Shown one piece after another: positions 61,674 to 64,000 of a stretch of 64,000 bases of DNA. Positions within the stretch are counted from its first letter, which is position 1; every line of letters begins with the position of its first letter. Made by a program: the position numbers and the translations under genes. The stretch covers positions 209,480 to 273,479 of the forward strand of contig CBDCSE010000003.1 of the NCBI GenBank assembly GCA_965221405.1. Reading direction: 5' to 3'. This stretch comes from Paracoccaceae bacterium (GTDB taxonomy: Bacteria; Pseudomonadota; Alphaproteobacteria; Rhodobacterales; Rhodobacteraceae). The notes beneath the pieces are model-generated. The model was not told the origin of the DNA, ran no database searches, and saw nothing but the letters and a program-made list of their open reading frames with translations.

Positions 61674-61988
61674 ATGGCAATGCAGAGCCAGAACATCCGG
61701 ATCCGCCTGAAGGCGTTCGATTACCGCGTCCTCGATGTGTCGACGAAGGAGATCGTCAACACGGCCAGACGAACCGGCGCCCAGGTACGCGGCCCGATTC
61801 CACTTCCCAACAAGATCGAGAAGTTCACGGTTCTCCGCAGCCCGCATATCGACAAGAAAAGCCGGGACCAATGGGAGATACGCACGCACAAACGCCTTCT
61901 CGACATCGTTGATCCGACCCCGCAGACCGTCGATGCGCTGATGAAGCTCGACCTCGCCGCCGGCGTCGACGTCCAGATCTCGGTCTGA
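61674..61988 (+). CDS. rpsJ: 30S ribosomal protein S10
   Basis: [45 protein letters not shown].... GGAGGA lies 7 nt before the ATG at 61674; the start at 61680 is also possible. Confidence 0.93.
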   Translation: MAMQSQNIRIRLKAFDYRVLDVSTKEIVNTARRTGAQVRGPIPLPNKIEKFTVLRSPHIDKKSRDQWEIRTHKRLLDIVDPTPQTVDALMKLDLAAGVDVQISV

Positions 61989-62002
61989 GGGAGGACAGGA
62001 CA

Positions 62003-62770
62003 ATGCTGCGCTCCGGAGTGATCGCGAGGAAGGTCGGGATGACCAGACTGTTCATGGAGGATGGCAGGCAGGTTCCCGTGACCGTGCTCCAGCTGGACAA
62101 GTGTCAGGTCGTCGCACAGCGAACCGCCGAGAGGGACGGTTATACCGCTGTGCAGCTTGGTGCTGGGGCAGCCAACGCCAAGCGGGCAACAAAGGCGATG
62201 CGGGGCCATTTCGCCGCCACGATGGTAAGCCCCAAGCGAAAGATCGCCGAGTTCCGGGTGGCCCCCGAAAACATGATTGACGTGGGAGCGGAAATCACCG
62301 CGGACCACTATTTCGAGGGTCAGTATGTCGACGTCTCCGGCACGTCGATCGGCAAGGGATTTGCCGGTGCCATGAAACGCCACAACTTCGGCGGTCTGCG
62401 CGCAAGCCATGGCGTATCGATCAGTCACCGCTCGCATGGTTCCACCGGTCAGTGCCAGGAGCCCGGCCGCGTGTTCAAGGGCAAGAAAATGGCGGGTCAC
62501 ATGGGTGCGGCCCGTGTGACGACGCAGAACCTGCAGGTCGTCAGGACCGATGCCGAACGTGGATTGATTATGGTCAGGGGAGCCGTTCCGGGCTCGAGCG
62601 GCGGCTGGGTGACGATCAAGGATGCCGTCAAGAAACCCTTCCCGTCCGAGGCCGTCCTGCCCGCAGCGGTGCGTCAGTCCAGTGATGTCGGAACGGTTCC
62701 GGAAACTTCGGACGAAAGTTCCGCCACGGACACTTCCGCCGTCCAGGGAGGCGATGGTGATGAAAGCTGA
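62003..62770 (+). CDS. rplC: 50S ribosomal protein L3
   Basis: [37 protein letters not shown]...[23 protein letters not shown]..., with an acidic/Ser-rich C-terminal extension. Confidence 0.94.
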   Translation: MLRSGVIARKVGMTRLFMEDGRQVPVTVLQLDKCQVVAQRTAERDGYTAVQLGAGAANAKRATKAMRGHFAATMVSPKRKIAEFRVAPENMIDVGAEITADHYFEGQYVDVSGTSIGKGFAGAMKRHNFGGLRASHGVSISHRSHGSTGQCQEPGRVFKGKKMAGHMGAARVTTQNLQVVRTDAERGLIMVRGAVPGSSGGWVTIKDAVKKPFPSEAVLPAAVRQSSDVGTVPETSDESSATDTSAVQGGDGDES

Positions 62771-63377
62771 TGCCATAAGCCTGGAAGGCGAGACCGTGGG
62801 GTCCGTGGAGCTCAACGCCCGTATCTTTGGGCTTGAGCCCCGCGCCGATATACTTCACCGGGTCGTTCGCTGGCAGCGTGCCCGTGCCCAGGCTGGCACC
62901 CACAAGGCCAAGACCCGGTCGGAAACCTCGTATTCGGGGCGCAAGATCCACCGGCAAAAGGGCACCGGCGGGGCTCGCCATGGCGATCGTAACGCACCGG
63001 TCTTCCGCGGCGGCGGCGTCTATAAGGGACCGACTCCGCGTAGCCACGCCCTCGGACTCCCGAAGCGACTGCGCAAACTCGGCCTGCGGCACGCGCTGAG
63101 TGCCAAGGTGAGGGCTGGCGAACTCGTGATCCTTGATGTTGCCGAGGCCGATGGAAAGACCGCGGTCCTCGCCAGACAGGTCAGAAATCTTGGCTGGAAG
63201 CGGGCGCTGGTGATCGAAGGAGCGTCCGTACATGAAGGATTCGCCCGCGCGGCGGCGAACCTGCCTGAACTGGATGTGCTGCCTTCAATCGGAGCCAATG
63301 TCCTGGACATCCTCAAACGCGACACTCTGGTGCTCACGAAGGCGGGCCTGGAAGCTCTGGAGGCCCGTTTGAAATGA
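62760..63377 (+). CDS. rplD: 50S ribosomal protein L4
   Basis: [55 protein letters not shown]...KGTGGARHG.... Internal ATG of track ORF 62622..63377. Confidence 0.92.
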   Translation: MKADAISLEGETVGSVELNARIFGLEPRADILHRVVRWQRARAQAGTHKAKTRSETSYSGRKIHRQKGTGGARHGDRNAPVFRGGGVYKGPTPRSHALGLPKRLRKLGLRHALSAKVRAGELVILDVAEADGKTAVLARQVRNLGWKRALVIEGASVHEGFARAAANLPELDVLPSIGANVLDILKRDTLVLTKAGLEALEARLK

Positions 63378-63670
63378 AAGCGAAACCGGAACATTACGAC
63401 GTAATCCGCCGACCCGTGATCACCGAAAAGGCGACGCGTGCCTCGGAGGCGGGAACAGTGGTCTTCGAAGTGGCGATCGGTTCGTCCAAACCACAGATAA
63501 AGGAAGCGGTGGAATCCCTTTTCGGCGTGAAGGTGAAGTCAGTCAACACGATGGTGACCAAGGGCAGGACCACGCGCTTCCGTGGACGCCCGGGGCGGCG
63601 AAAAGATGTCAAGAAAGCATATGTTGGGCTTGAGGAAGGCAACACGATCGACGTAACGACCGGCCTCTGA
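63374..63670 (+). CDS. rplW: 50S ribosomal protein L23
   Basis: [59 protein letters not shown]..., 98 aa. Confidence 0.95.
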   Translation: MKAKPEHYDVIRRPVITEKATRASEAGTVVFEVAIGSSKPQIKEAVESLFGVKVKSVNTMVTKGRTTRFRGRPGRRKDVKKAYVGLEEGNTIDVTTGL

Positions 63671-63763
63671 TCCGATATGGCACCGGGATCAGGTTTCAGG
63701 TTACCGGCATTATCCTAACCACGGCAGGGTTCCTGCCGATGAAGCAGACGGAAGACGGAAAGC

Positions 63764-64000
63764 ATGGCACTCAAGTCGTACAAACCGACAACCCCGGGCC
63801 AGCGGGGGCTGGTTCTGATCGACCGTTCGGGGCTCTGGAAGGGCCGCCCGGTAAAGACTCTGGTCCAGGGTCTCGGCCAGAAGGGTGGACGCAACAATGC
63901 CGGACGGATCACGATGCGTCGCCGCGGCGGTGGGGCGAAACGCCTCTATCGGGTCGTCGATTTCCGGCGTCGGAAGTTCGACGTGCCGGGATGTATAGAG
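63764..64000 (+). CDS. rplB: 50S ribosomal protein L2, N-terminal part (continues beyond the right edge)
   Basis: Own translation from ATG 63764: [69 protein letters not shown]. Confidence 0.93.
   Translation, partial: MALKSYKPTTPGQRGLVLIDRSGLWKGRPVKTLVQGLGQKGGRNNAGRITMRRRGGGAKRLYRVVDFRRRKFDVPGCIE

Overview
High-GC chromosomal window with alphaproteobacterial-type gene order (my inference from content, no search run). The core backbone is about 60-63% GC.

Backbone genes: glmS and glmU at the left edge; a HAD phosphatase; a DegT-family aminotransferase; a leucine/isovalerate catabolic cluster (ivd, MCC-beta, MCC-alpha, GST, HMG-CoA lyase, enoyl-CoA hydratase); ymdB; an SLC13 permease; yebC; ETF-ubiquinone oxidoreductase; a TPR protein; ispE; ispB; a small DUF2007 / methyltransferase / DUF465 group; phaB-phaA; and the str/S10 ribosomal operon (rpsL-rpsG-fusA-tuf-rpsJ-rplC-rplD-rplW-rplB, running off the right edge).

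Mobile and decaying DNA is unusually dense:
- Three IS1634-family elements, each bracketed by a long perfect direct repeat (92 bp, about 408 bp and 51 bp).
- An IS630 element nested inside one of those duplications.
- One intact IS30 that splits a yegP-like gene, plus one IS30 remnant.
- A frameshifted IS1595 element that still has terminal inverted repeats and a flanking direct repeat.
- A 5'-truncated group II intron abutting a ybjQ stub.
- A 142-bp MITE-like element.

Accessory content:
- A roughly 80% GC islet (2.25-4.79 kb) holding an autotransporter-barrel remnant and a TbpB-like lipoprotein.
- A lower-GC island (24.8-31 kb) with a four-gene, translationally coupled cassette built around an Xre/RES toxin-antitoxin pair. 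It faces a membrane-protein plus TIR-like (DUF1863-type) gene pair; the TIR-like gene has an in-frame TGA.
- A roughly 7.7-kb Calx-beta/autotransporter adhesin gene interrupted by a 1-nt frameshift.

No rRNA, tRNA or CRISPR array was found. All family assignments come from reading the translations; no database search was run.
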